DNA of 64,000 nt from Octopus sinensis. Its lineage: Eukaryota. Shown here one piece after another: positions 1-14,742 of the stretch (within the stretch, counting starts at the first letter, position 1; the number at the start of each line of letters is the position of its first letter). Position numbers and translations under genes: made by a program. The stretch spans positions 88,970,001 to 89,034,000 of the forward strand of contig NC_043001.1 of NCBI RefSeq assembly GCF_006345805.1. Direction: 5' to 3'. The notes below the pieces were generated by a model. It was not told where the DNA came from, ran no database searches, and saw nothing but the letters and a program-made list of their open reading frames with translations.

Positions 1-1160
1 GATATAATCGACTTAATCCGTTTGTCTGTCTTTGTTTGTCCCCTCTATGTTTAGCCCCTTGTGGGAAATAAAGAAATAAGAAAGAAGGAGAAAGGTGGAG
101 AGAAAATATAGTTAAATGTTTCTACTGTTAAATCTTTTTGTGGCCTCCATGAATTGGAAGACGTTAGGTTTCGATAGCTTTACATTATCAACAGGATTCT
201 GGTTGCCTACCACCTTCTTAGCCCAACCATCTGTGACACACATATAACAAAGACAATAAATGTTTGAGGACTCAACAGAGGAGTTATTGTATAAGTCACA
301 CAACTAGCTCAAACTGTTATAAGCATGCGTACACACACATGCATGCACATACACACACACACACAACACACACACACACACATCTTTTGTCTTTTATCTT
401 TTAATTGTTTCAGTCATCAGATTGTAAACAAGCTGGGGCACCACCTTGAAGGGTTTAGACAAACAGATTAACCCTAGCATTTTTTTTTTTTTAACATCTG
501 GTACTTATTCTATCGTTTTACATTTTTTTCTTGCTGAATCACTAAGTTACAGGGGCATAAACAAACCAACACCAGTTGTCAAGTAGTAGTGGAGAACAAA
601 CACAGATACAGTATATATACACACACACATACACACACATTTACCTAGATTTGATCCCTGATGGGAAAATCTTCAGAAATCACATATACACCTTTGTCAG
701 TAGTGAAAAATCAGATTTATAGCTATTTATATTCTGTAAATATTGTTTTCGAACTTTGATACAAGGCCAGCAAGTTCAGGGAAAGGTAAGTTGATTACAT
801 CAACCCCAGTACTCAACTGGTACTTATTTTATCACTCCTAAAAGGATGAAAGGCAAAATTGACTTCCTAGGCATTTGAACTCAGAAAAAAACCTGTAAAT
901 CTGTAAATCAGTAAAACACACACACATACACATATATATATCACCATATTTTCTTATATATTGGCTAACTCTAATGAGCATAAGGTTACATAATCAGATT
1001 GTTACCTAACACTCCATTGTCCTCCTTGCACGAAACCGATTGGTTGGTAAGATCAGTCATGATGGATATATAATACTGTACATTTTGTGCTTTAGCTTCA
1101 TTACTATGGCAGCAGTCCAGTTACTTACTGATCAGACCACACACACACACACAAATATAT

Positions 1161-1508
1161 CATCATCATCATCATCATTTAAAGTCCGTTTTCCATGGAA
1201 AGCCGGAAGGCTGCACCAGACTTCAGTCTGATCTGGCAATGTTTCTACAGCTTGATGCCCTTCCTAATGCCAACCACTCCGAGAGTATAGTGGGTGCTTT
1301 TTATGTGCCACCAGCACAGGGGTACAAAGAGGGCTGGCATCGACCACAATTGGATGGTGCTTTTTACATGCCACTGGCATCAGAGCCAGTCAAGGCCATG
1401 CTGGCATTGGCCACGTTCAGATGGTGCTTTTTACATGCCACCAGCACAGAAGCTAGTCAGGGCAAGTGGGCTGGCATCAACCATGTTCGGATGGTGCTTC
1501 TTATGTAC
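1161..1508 (-). mobile_element. SINE-like element with (GAT)n tail (family C) and four 5' tandem units of 63-68 bp
   Basis: Reverse complement of the gagtggttggcgttaggaagggcatccagctgtagaaac...aacccatgctagcatggaaa...ttaaacgatgatgat module seen in full at 5715, 24373, 36873, 41361 and 59735. Confidence 0.85.
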
Positions 1509-1843
1509 CTCTTTTATTCTTTTATTTCTTTCAGTCTTTTGACTGTGGCCATGCTGGGGCACTGCCTTTATTCGAACAAATCAACTCTAGAACTTATTCT
1601 TTGTAAGCCTAGTACTTATTCTATCGATCTCTTTTGTTGAACATTGGTTGTCAAGCGATATATATATATATGCTGAATAAGTGCTATAGATAGACCATAG
1701 TTAAGGTCCAGGTTCAGTGGTTATGCGAATAAGGGGTTCAACGTTGGTCATATGTCAGCATGTGTATATAAAATATTTTTCGTAATGTGATAAAAAAAAA
1801 CATCTTTTGTTATCTTAACGTTTTTACCACAATATATATATAT

Positions 1844-2717
1844 AACACCTCCAAGACATCCGACTCGGCAATGACACTTCGGTCTCGTGCCATTTCTGCT
1901 CTACCGGTCTTGTGCCGTTTCCGCTCTACCGGTCACTCTTTGCAACACCTGTCTGTGTTCGGATTGTCCTTGCACAGGGGCCATCTGGACTCCTGTCTTT
2001 GCCATGAACAGGAATTAATCTTCTCTCTTCACTCCTTTGTGCCACATGGGCTCAACTCTCCTCCACTCTTCATCTAACCCTCCTCTCCTCTCCTCTCTTG
2101 CTCTGACACCTACTTCCTCTCTTCACTCCTACCCACCTTCTCCCTTCCACCCTATCCCTTCATCATCACCCCCCTCATTACCCCACTCCTACACATTCCA
2201 ACACCAGTATCCCTATACATCCCATCCCATCCCCACCCCATCCCTTACACCCCACTCCCACATACACCACATATAGCATCCCTACCACCACCCTCACCCC
2301 AACCCACACCCCGCCCTTGCTTCCCCCACTCTCGCCTCCCTTACACCCTAACACCACCACACCACTCCACACACCACCACACCATGCACACGTCAAGGCC
2401 ACCTGCCCCCATCCACATGCACATACATGCTCTCTCATACACATGCACGTGCACCTTTGTTTTGGGATCCCCACTACTATATTATCTCCCATTCTTCCTA
2501 GCTCTTTTGTGTGACCACTTTGTCCAGCATTCAGCATGATAGATTGCTAGACACTAAACCTCTTTTATTTTCTCTTCCTGTTTATTGCTATGTTCCTTTC
2601 TGTCAAAGAGCGTAGGCTCGAAACGTAAACGATTTTCTCACTTCCCAAGTGTTAAACTAATACATCTGTTTGTTGTTTTTCACATCTGCCTTCGTCTTTT
2701 TTTTTGTAAATTCTCAC
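1844..2717 (+). mobile_element. Penelope-like element 3' fragment: GIY-YIG endonuclease C-terminus, C-rich spacer, pLTR with hammerhead-like motif
   Basis: Translates HLQDIRLGNDTSVSCHF (25-nt duplication) STGHSLQHLSVFGLSLHRGHLDSCLCHEQELIFSLHSFVPHGLNS, typical of the PLE GIY-YIG C-terminus; GAGC-gtag-GCTC-GAAACGTA at 2608-2627; starts in (TA)n. Confidence 0.8.
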
Positions 2718-2926
2718 TCCCTAAGTCCTTCAAAGGATTATATTTAATTTTGTTTTGAATTAATTAGGCTTGGAAACAACTTGTAGAGTTTTGTAGAGTT
2801 TTTATTTGATATATGTATCAACTTGGAATAAAGTAACGTCTACACTTCTATTTTCCCTTTCCTTATTATAACACACACACACACACACATTGATATATGT
2901 CTGTGGAAGAACACTCTACTGACATA

Positions 2927-3903
2927 CAGTGGGTGGACAAAATATTGGAAACACCTAGCATCATAGCATCATAATTTTGAAATATCTATAAAACTGTCAA
3001 AAGCTTTTTTATTCTTATGTTTTTTTATTTATTATTAGTGTTGCTTAATATGTTTTGCTAAAATTGCTGTTTCTTTTCAGATGTCATCAGAAAAAGGTAA
3101 TTAAAATTCATTAAAATGACAGATCTATTGAATTTTCAAAGAAGTCACATAGTTGGTGCTCGTATGGGAGGTGCTAGCATTATGAAAACAGCCAAAATGT
3201 TTGGTGTATCAAGAAGTACTGTCTCGAAAGTAATGACAGCCTTTGAAAAAGAGGGAAAAACCTCCTCGTTGAAACAAAACTCTAGAAGAAAACCAAACTT
3301 TCAGATAGGGACCATCGGACTTTTACACAAATTGTCAGAAAGGATCGCAAAAAGTTCAATTCCCAAAATTACTGTAGAGCTTAAACCCAGTTTCCACAAA
3401 AACTGTTCACTGGAAGCTGCACAGAGCTGGATTTCACAGGAGGACTGCAATCAGAAAACCACTACTTTCAAAAACAAACGTTGCAAAGAAACAGTAGAAA
3501 AATGTTATTTTCTCGGACGAGTCATCCTTTATCATATTTCTGACCACTGGCCAAGTATAGATGTGGAGACAGCCAAAATAAGCATTTGACCCAGACTGCC
3601 TTCTTCCAATTGTTAAACATGGAGGAGAATCTGTGATGATCTGGGGAGGAGGGGGACTATATCTTGGAAATCTGCCAGCCCAATGTTTTCCCTTCATGGC
3701 AGAATTAATAGTCAAGATTATTTAGACATTTTATTTGATCAAATACATCCTATGTTTGTGGAACTGTTTCTGGAGGGAAACACAATCTTTCTGGATGATA
3801 ATGCACCAATTCACACAGGTAAAGTTATTACTGAATGGCATGAGGAACATTCTAATGAAGTTGAACATCTTATCTGGCCACCACAGTACCCAGATCTCAA
3901 TAT
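2927..3903 (+). mobile_element. Tc1-like transposon, frameshifted and 3'-truncated
   Basis: TA followed by left TIR cagtgggtggacaaaatattggaaacac; HTH N-terminus (FQRSHIVGARMGGAS...GVSRSTVSKV), FSDESS, FLDDNAPIH and WPPQYPDLN motifs spread over different frames; no right TIR found. Confidence 0.88.
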
Positions 3904-4705
3904 GAAACTCTATTGCACATGCATCTTCTGCAATGCAGATCATAAATCTTAGATGTTAGAGGCAGCCAGTTCCTTTGCAGTAGTTAGAATATCATGCACA
4001 ACATAACAATGAATCACTTCCCCTTCATAGATTGCTCACTAGCAAGAAAGCATAGCAGACATAACACTGATGCTATCAGTTAGGATTCTTCGGTTGCCTG
4101 CAATGCAGTATCTTTTGTTGCTGTTGTTTTTTAACTCATTTGTTATCATATTTCTAACACAATATATTTTTTTTGTTTCAAATAATTTTGAAAATTATGA
4201 ATAAATTAACAAGATGACCTCATTATAAAGCCGTTGTTGTTTGGAACCTAATATTTATCCCCATTTAAACTGAGAGGGGGTAAGTCTCAGATAGTTTTGT
4301 ATTAAAAAGGTTAAGAAGAAGAATCGGCAAAGGATTTACAACTGAAGAAGAAAATGGCTATTGTTAAATTCTATGGACAAAAATAAACTTATATAAAGTA
4401 TAAAACAAACTTTTTTCAATACAAACTTTACAATTGTAAATAACATCTGAGACATAAAACTTTATATACCAATAATCAATAAATGTTCCATTCATTCCTT
4501 ACTTAGCAGATAAACATCTTAGTGTTTATACTAAAATGTTTGTTTATATAGGCACGGCTATTTGTTTAAGAAGCTTGCTTCTCAACCATGTGGCTTTGAG
4601 TTCAATCCCACTATGATGCACTTTGGTCACGTGTCTTCTATTGTAGTCCTGTGCCAATCAAAAGACTTGTGAGGGGATCTGGCAGATAGTAATTGAAAAA
4701 ACCCC

Positions 4706-4710
<5 letters not shown>

Positions 4711-4776
<66 letters not shown>

Positions 4777-5001
4777 TGTGTGTATGTATGTATGTGTGTG
4801 TATATATATATATATATATACATACATACATATATATATACATACATACATAAATACATATACACACATACATAAATACATATACACACATACATATATA
4901 CATATATACATACATACACACATACATACATACACACATACATACACACACATACACACATGCATACACACACACACACACACATACATACATACATACA
5001 T
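4711..5001. repeat. Compound microsatellite (TA)n(TG)n(TACA)n
   Basis: Direct reading; source of several spurious ORFs. Confidence 0.95.
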
Positions 5002-5646
5002 GAGGCAGTGAAATAGCAGAATCATTAGAGCATCAAACAAAATGCTTTGTGGAAATTCTTCTGGCCTTTGTACATTCTGAGTTCAAATCCTGCCAAGGTC
5101 AAATTTGCCTGTCACCCCCACCCCCACCCTACCCCCCAGTTTGATAAAATAAAGTACAAACCAAAAATCTGAGTTGATAGTAGTACGGTTGGGTAAGTGG
5201 ATGGATGGACAGACAAATAGAATAAAATGCAAAAAAGCATAAATTCCCTGATATGTCATAATTTAATTACTTTCAACAGCTGTTTCATGAGAAACTGATG
5301 TAATTAATTCTATAATTACATAATTAAGATACATTATTAATGAAAATTAAATTAGTTTAAAGCAATGCTAATCATAAATCATCAAAAACACTAGTGATTA
5401 TGCTTTCGTACTTTATTCTTCTAAATATATGTTGCTTTTATGGATTGTTTTAGCTGATTATATTTATAAATATGAGATTCTCCCACCCCATCTACTGCCA
5501 TGTTATAACATATTGAAGTTTAATGACTTGTGATTAACTGAGCTTTTAATTACCATGGAAATTTATTTTTTCATTTCTTATGAAACATCTCTTTTTAATG
5601 GATATACATATACATACACACAAAGACATAATACACATATAGATAG

Positions 5647-7729
<2,083 letters not shown>

Positions 7730-8100
7730 GTTTGCAGGCAGCTGATAATATTTTCTGTATTTTGAATCTGTCTTATAAAATTGTATTATTGAAATTACTG
7801 ATTTTACTTCATTGCTTTCTACTATAATCCCAGACCAATCAAAGCCTTGTAAGTGGATTTGCCAGGCAGAAACTGAAAGAAGCCTGTATGTTGTAAACAA
7901 GTGTCACTATCATACAAGCAGTGCTGTTCATATTCATTCTTATGTAAAAACATCCCAGCCATGATGAAATATTACTTTGTATAGAAACAGGGAAGGGTGT
8001 GGCATCCAGCCATAGAAGATCTACCTCAATAAATTCTGCTTCACCCATGCAAGTGTTGAAAAGTGGACATTAAAACAGTGATACATGTGTGTGTGTGTGT

Positions 8101-8158
<58 letters not shown>

Positions 8159-8216
8159 TGTCTGTCTGTCTGTCTGTCTGTCTTATATTATGTTATAATA
8201 TATTATATTATATTGT

Positions 8217-8258
<42 letters not shown>

Positions 8259-8474
8259 TTAAAATGGGGAAGACCAGTTTATGGGATTACCTTAGGTTTC
8301 CCATCCATAAATGGTTTAGCTTTATGGCATATCATCAGATCTCAAAAACCTGTTGGCCAATGACCTCTTAAAAACAAAACTACAATATTTTGGGTTCAGA
8401 CCCAATGCACAGCATCTTATAAGCTATGGGTCAACCAAAGCCTTGTGGGTGGTTTTGGTTGATAGAAACTGAAA

Positions 8475-8709
8475 GGCAGTGAGCTGGCAAAAATGTTAGC
8501 ACACCAGGCAAAATGCTTAGCGTTATTTCGTCTGCCATTACATTCTGAGTTCAAATTCCGCCAAGGTCAACTTTGCCTTTCATCCTTTCGGGGACAATAA
8601 ATTAAATACCAGTTATGCACTGGGGTCGATGTAATCGACTTAATCACTTTGTCTGTCCTTGTTTGTCCCCTCTATGTTTTAGCCCCTTGTGGGCAATAAA
8701 GAAATAAGA
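8475..8709 (+). mobile_element. tRNA-derived SINE, family B
   Basis: Head ggcagtgagctggca, B-box-like gagttcaaattcc, central ctttgcctttcatcctttcgggg...taccag block. Related copies at 1-85, 760-890(-), 5004-5200, 20927-21125, 53420-53700, 54148-54370, 55390-55575, 57918-58110 and 58870-59337(-). Confidence 0.85.
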
Positions 8710-9026
8710 AACTGAAAGAAGCCCATCACACTTTTCCCCACTCCCAATCCTGAGTCTGAGCATCTACCATTGAAAAACCCATTTAGATAGAAAATGCTGA
8801 AGACTGCCTGCAGTACATGAATTCACATCTCTTGCAGATATGACCAACATTCTACTATAGTACCAAAGGCAACCTTTCACACATTCTATCCCAAAGGAGT
8901 TTTTAATCCAAAATTTACATGTCATTATTTATAGCTTTATATGAATTTTGAGAGTCCATTCCACAAAAGAATTATTCCATGTTCTCTTGATAGTTTATAA
9001 ATTTTTATGACATCAACAATTTATAC

Positions 9027-9075
<49 letters not shown>

Positions 9076-9081
9076 TATCTA

Positions 9082-9178
<97 letters not shown>

Positions 9179-9427
9179 ATTATTTTATTCTTCTACTTAT
9201 TTCAGTCATGCTCTAGCACAACCTTAAAGGGTTTTAGTCAAACAAATCGACCACAGGACTTATTCTTTGTAAGCCTAATACTTATTCTATTGGTGTCTAT
9301 TGCTGAACTGCTAAGTTACGGAGACATAAACACACCAACATCAGTTATCAAGCAATAGTGGAGGGACAAACATAGACACAAAGACACACATGCATAAATA
9401 TCTATATATATATATAAATATATATAA

Positions 9428-10002
9428 AACACCTCCAAGACATCCAACTCAGCAATGATACCCCGGTCTCGCACCATTTCCACTCTACCAGTCACACTTT
9501 GCAACACCTGTCTGTGTTCAGATTGTCCTTTTGTACTTGCACAGGGACCATCCGGACTCCTGTTTTCGCCATGAACAGGGATTAATCTTCTCTCTTCGCT
9601 CCTTTGTGACACATGAATTCAACTCTCCTCCCCTCTCCTCTCACACCTACTTCCTCTCACCCACCTCTCCTCTCTTGCTCCAACTCCTACTTCTCTTCAC
9701 TACTACTCTCTTTCTCTCTTCTCTCCTACCCACATACTCCCTTCCCCCCCTCTCCTTTCATCATCACCCCTCCCTCATAACTCCACCCCTACACAATCCA
9801 ACCCCAACTTCCCTATCCATCCCACCCCACCCCATCCCTTACACCCACTCCCACATACCCCACCCTCAGCCTAACCCACAGCCCACCCTTGCTTTCCCCA
9901 CTCTTGCCTCCACCGCATCCCAACACCACCACACTACACCACACACACCCACATTCTACACCACCATACCACACAACACTACATCTTCTCTTCTCCATCA
10001 TT
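9428..10002 (+). mobile_element. Second copy of the Penelope-like GIY-YIG 3' fragment
   Basis: HLQDIQLSNDTPVSHHFHSTSHTLQHLSVF...EQGLIFSLRSFVTHEFNS; same first bases (aacacctccaagacatcc) as the 1844 copy, after (TA)n; pLTR part absent. Confidence 0.8.
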
Positions 10003-10643
10003 AATTTTTTGTTGAGTTTATATAGGAATGTGTTCTATAAATTCTCATAATACACCTAATACTTATATATATACACGATGGGCTTCTTTCAGTTTTCATC
10101 TACCAAATCAACTTCCAAGGCTTTGGTCAGCCTGAGACTATAATAGAAAACACTTGTTGAAGGTGCCATCCAGTGGGACTGAACCAGCAACCATGTAGTT
10201 GGGAAGCAAACTTCTTTCCACACAGCCATACACACACACACATGCACTTATATATATCTATTTATGTAAATATATATATATATTCATATATATATTTCTG
10301 TGTATGCATGTGTATGTGTGTGTATATGTATGTGTGTGTGCATGTGTGTGTGTGTCAATTACTGTCTCTTTACATTGACCTCAGGTGAAAGTCATAAATG
10401 AGTATCACCATCATGCAGGCAGTGTTCCTTGTTTCCAGTTTTCTGTAAAAAGCATGTCTGTTCTTGGGGGGAAATGCTACCTTATTCAGATGCAGGAAGG
10501 GCATCTAGTCTGGATGTAGAAAATTTGTCTTAGCAAATTTTATCTGACCCATGCAAGCATGGAAAATTGAACAAGTGGAGGTAAGTTGAATATAGTGATG
10601 ACATGATGTGTGTGTGTGTGTGTGTGTGTGTTCGTATATGTAT

Positions 10644-10872
10644 TCTTTTAGTCTTTTATTTGTTTCAGTCATTTGATTGTGGCCATGCAGGAGCACCGCC
10701 TTTAGTCAAACAAATCGAACACAGGACTCATTCTTTGTAAACTTAGTACTTATTCAATTGGTCTCTTTTGCCAAACTGCTAAGTTACAGGTACTTAAACA
10801 CACTAGCATCAGTTGTTAAGCGATGGTGGGAACACAAACACAGACATACATACACACACACACACACATACA

Positions 10873-10920
<48 letters not shown>

Positions 10921-11110
10921 ACACACACACAGACACACACACACACGCACACTTATATGACAGCCTTCTTTCAGTTTCCGTCTACCAAATCCACTCACAA
11001 GGCTTTGGTTGGCCTGAGGATATAGTAGAAGACATTTGCAGAAGGTGCCACACAGTGGGCACCCAGAACCAAGTGGTTGGTAAGCAAGCTACTTACCACA
11101 CAGTCACTCC
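10644..11110 (-). mobile_element. tRNA/CORE-like SINE, family A, full length
   Basis: Reverse complement of the head-CORE-(TG)n-tail structure of the 61277 copy. Confidence 0.85.
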
Positions 11111-11152
11111 TGCACCTATATATATATATATACATGCATGTATATAAACATG

Positions 11153-11187
<35 letters not shown>

Positions 11188-11661
11188 TGAAAGGTTTGGA
11201 GATGATATACAGGTATTTTACATTAGAAGAAATGAGGTACTCAGAAAATCGGATGGTTTATATTTACAGATGATCTGTAAATATAAACCATCCAATTTTC
11301 TGAGTACCTCATTTCTTCTAACATATATATATATATATATATCATCATCATCATATATATATATGCATATATGTATTTGTATGTATATGTGTGTGCGTGA
11401 ATGTGTGTGTGTATGCGTGTGTGTGTGTCCATAAAAATATAGAGAGATCTATTTATCTATATCATTAGCAGCAGCAACTGGAGCAGCATCATTTAAATGG
11501 ACATTAAATGATGATGATGATGATGATATAGATAAACAGATTGACTAATGCATAGCTACAGATATATATATATATATCCTGCTTCCATCTCCTGAGCGCC
11601 TATTAATAATAATACTGTAATTGTTCCTGTTGTTGTTGTTGTTTTGTTTCCCTTTTGGACT

Positions 11662-11714
<53 letters not shown>

Positions 11715-12339
11715 ATATATATAGGGAGAGAGAGAGAGAGAGAGAGATGTAAGGAATTTCATTCTTGACAATTCATTAAAAGTTTGCAACTGAGTGGAGA
11801 GTCATTTACAGTCAAAAAATATCCAAACAAATTTTTCTTACATTTTCATTGTTTTTGTACATATCAGTTAAAACTGAAAGGAAGTAGAGAACAACAGCAG
11901 CAACAACAACAACTATAGAAATAATAACACAAACAACAAAAGCAAAGACGATGACTCCATGAACACAAAATAAAGACAGAGCCCTATAGTCTCTGCACCT
12001 GCTTGAAATAGCAGCTAAATATCACTCAGATTCACAATCAAGTATGTTAACAAGAGAAAGGTTCAATGGACAATACGGCCCCTTGATTTACAGAAAGATG
12101 ATGGGGTTTGATAAACAAATGTATCTCTGAGAAAGAAACAGAGAAAGAGAGAGAGAGAGAGAAAGCAAGTTCTACTCACAAGACAGACAAAACAGCTCTG
12201 GTGATGTCTTAGTCACACAGACAAACAGACTGACTAACAGTAGTAGCTATGTGATTGATACGTGGAGCTGATCAGTATAGCTGACCAAATGAAACAGCTG
12301 TTGCATTGAGGAGGATCAATGTTTCGTGGTGGTGGTGGC

Positions 12340-12770
12340 GGTGGCAGTGGTGGTGTGGCAGTGGTGGTGTGGCAGTGGTGGTGTGGCGGTGGTTGTAGTC
12401 GTAGTCGTTGTGGTGATGGCAGTGGTGGTTGTAGTGTTTATAGTTGTGTTGGCTGTAGTGATTGTGGATGTATTATTTGCAGTGGTGCTTACCATATCAT
12501 TGTAGCAATGGTGGTGACGGTGACAGCAGTGGTGGTGGTGGTGGTAACGGTGGCAGCAGTGGTGGCGGCGGCGGTGGTGGTGGGGTGGTGGTGGTGACGG
12601 TAGCAGCAGTGGTGGTGGTGGTGGTTTTTAGTGGTGAAGGTGGTGACGGTGGCAGCAGTGGTGTTGGTGGTGGTGGTGAAGGTGGTGACGGTGGCAGCAG
12701 TGGTGGTGGCGGTGGTGGTGGTGATGGTGGTGATGGCTGTGAAAGTAGGTAATGGTGGCAAAATAATAAT
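12340..12770. repeat. Imperfect (GGT)n G-rich tract
   Basis: About 430 bp of GGT/GGC/GCA triplets; produces poly-Gly/Pro/Thr/Val pseudo-ORFs. Confidence 0.92.
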
Positions 12771-13558
12771 GAATGATGCAATGGTATATTTATATCATTT
12801 TATAATGTCTATTAATATTATTACATAACATGTAGACATGTATATAATGCTGCAATTAGTTTTATTTGTTGTTTTAGTTGGTGTTATTGTTTAACCATAA
12901 GTCAACACTCATTGAGCAAACTCATTATCAAAGGTAACCCAATTCTGACCATTTCATTTGTTTAGGTGCATCAGGGACTAACTTTATTTAGATATTTAAG
13001 GTAGGGATAATCAAAACACTAATCAGGAAAAAAATTATGCTGGGGAAGAAAGCCACTAAGGGAGATAACTCCAGCAATATTCCAGTCTTATTAGATATCC
13101 TCAGCAAAATATAAGCTTTACCATATTGATTACTGAAGTAAAGATGTGATTATTATTAAGTAAATGTACAAGAATGTATGCTTGTAGATGTAGAAAAAGA
13201 AAATATTCAGAGAATAAATTACTCACTGATGCCATACGGATTAAAGACATTATAGTTAAGTTGATTTTAACATATTTAATGTACAGATCATCAAAAATCA
13301 AGCACAGGAAAAACAATGCAATGATAAAAAAATTTAAGTTATTGATTATATCATTTTGAGTCTTCCAGCAAATATGGGAGATAATTTTGGATATATTTTG
13401 ATTTTATTTGATGTTCCCTAATATGTTCTTATGCTATTTTCTTTTTTAAGTTGCTAGAATGGGAATTGAGAGAAGTTTTAATTGTTATTTCCAGCAGATT
13501 GAATGAACATGCAGAAGGTCCTTGGTCCTTTGGGGATATCCTCATGTTGAAATAGCAG

Positions 13559-13626
<68 letters not shown>

Positions 13627-13881
13627 TGTGTGTGTGTGTGTGTGTACTGATATATAATTATATAGATATAATTATAACTCAAAGGTATGTGTAGACACAC
13701 ATCAACATGCTTGAAATAGATGTTAAAAGCTCTACCCTTGTGCTATAATTCTATCTATATAATTCTATATCAGTATAATATTTCCCTGGATGGAGTTAAC
13801 ATGCTAGCCACTTGATAGAATCCTTAAATAGTTTTATCCTTAATTAATTAATTAATTATTTATTTATGATATATATGAAGA

Positions 13882-13941
<60 letters not shown>

Positions 13942-14083
13942 TATTAAAATTATTAAAATTACAATTTAGGGTATCTAAGAGATACCACCATGCCGGAAAT
14001 AGCAGCCAAAACTTGACTCTAAAACCACATTAAATGTTCATCGGCATTTAAATAACGATCTTATCCTTATATATATATATATA

Positions 14084-14284
14084 TGAGTAGACAAATGAAA
14101 GAAAGGGCACGCAACACATTTATTGGGAGTTACATGTATTGTTCAAAATAGTTTGATTCAGATTCTATGCTACTTCACGTCAGGTTAGTCAGAATTTGAA
14201 TTCTAACCAGCCTGATGAGAGGTTCAGTTAGGGTCTTCAAAACTTGAAGTAGCACAGAGTCCAAATCAAGCTGTTTTGAACAAT
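14084..14284. mobile_element. Fold-back Penelope-like pLTR end with hammerhead-like motif
   Basis: Inverted repeat 14138-14196 / 14199-14284; CTGATGA at 14212-14218; the minus arm continues through an AATAAA into (TA)n at ~14069-14083. Confidence 0.65.
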
Positions 14285-14742
14285 CTACTACATATGTGGG
14301 AAATTCTGTCTGTGGAGTTGTTAGCTAACTCCTCCTACATTATTTTATCGATTTTGATGAAACTTGACACACAAGTAGAACTCATGTCTGGAAACCTCAT
14401 ACCATACTCAGATTGTTGAAAAAAAAAATCGATAATACGGCCCCTGGAAGGGATCCTTATATATATATATATATATATATCTAATTATTTCATTTTAACA
14501 GCCAAGGGAAATAACCAATCACCCAGATTTTAACATGAACGCACACACACATATATATAAATACTGTCACCAACATACATATATTTGTACATTTATATAG
14601 ACACATTCTAAGACACATACATATGTATATACATACATACATACATACTACTGATGATGCCTCTTGATTCTTAGCGTGAAGTCAAAAATCAATTGAAGCA
14701 AGAATTTTAGATAGATAGATATAAAATATATACATATTCATA

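Noticed and set aside
1290-1508. CRISPR-like repeat-spacer array
   Set aside because: Eukaryotic context, units are contiguous diverged tandem repeats inside a SINE, and there are no cas genes.
4627-5040. Long ORFs of alternating residues (also 7192-7900, 10677-11434, 42102-42615, 61676-62622)
   Set aside because: Translations of microsatellites and SINEs, with no protein complexity.
12319-12828. Gly-rich or Pro-rich protein ORFs
   Set aside because: All frames on both strands are open because of the (GGT)n repeat; no splice or start context.
14648-14700. CTGATGA as another hammerhead
   Set aside because: No stem II closed by GAAA and no stem I/III pairing downstream.
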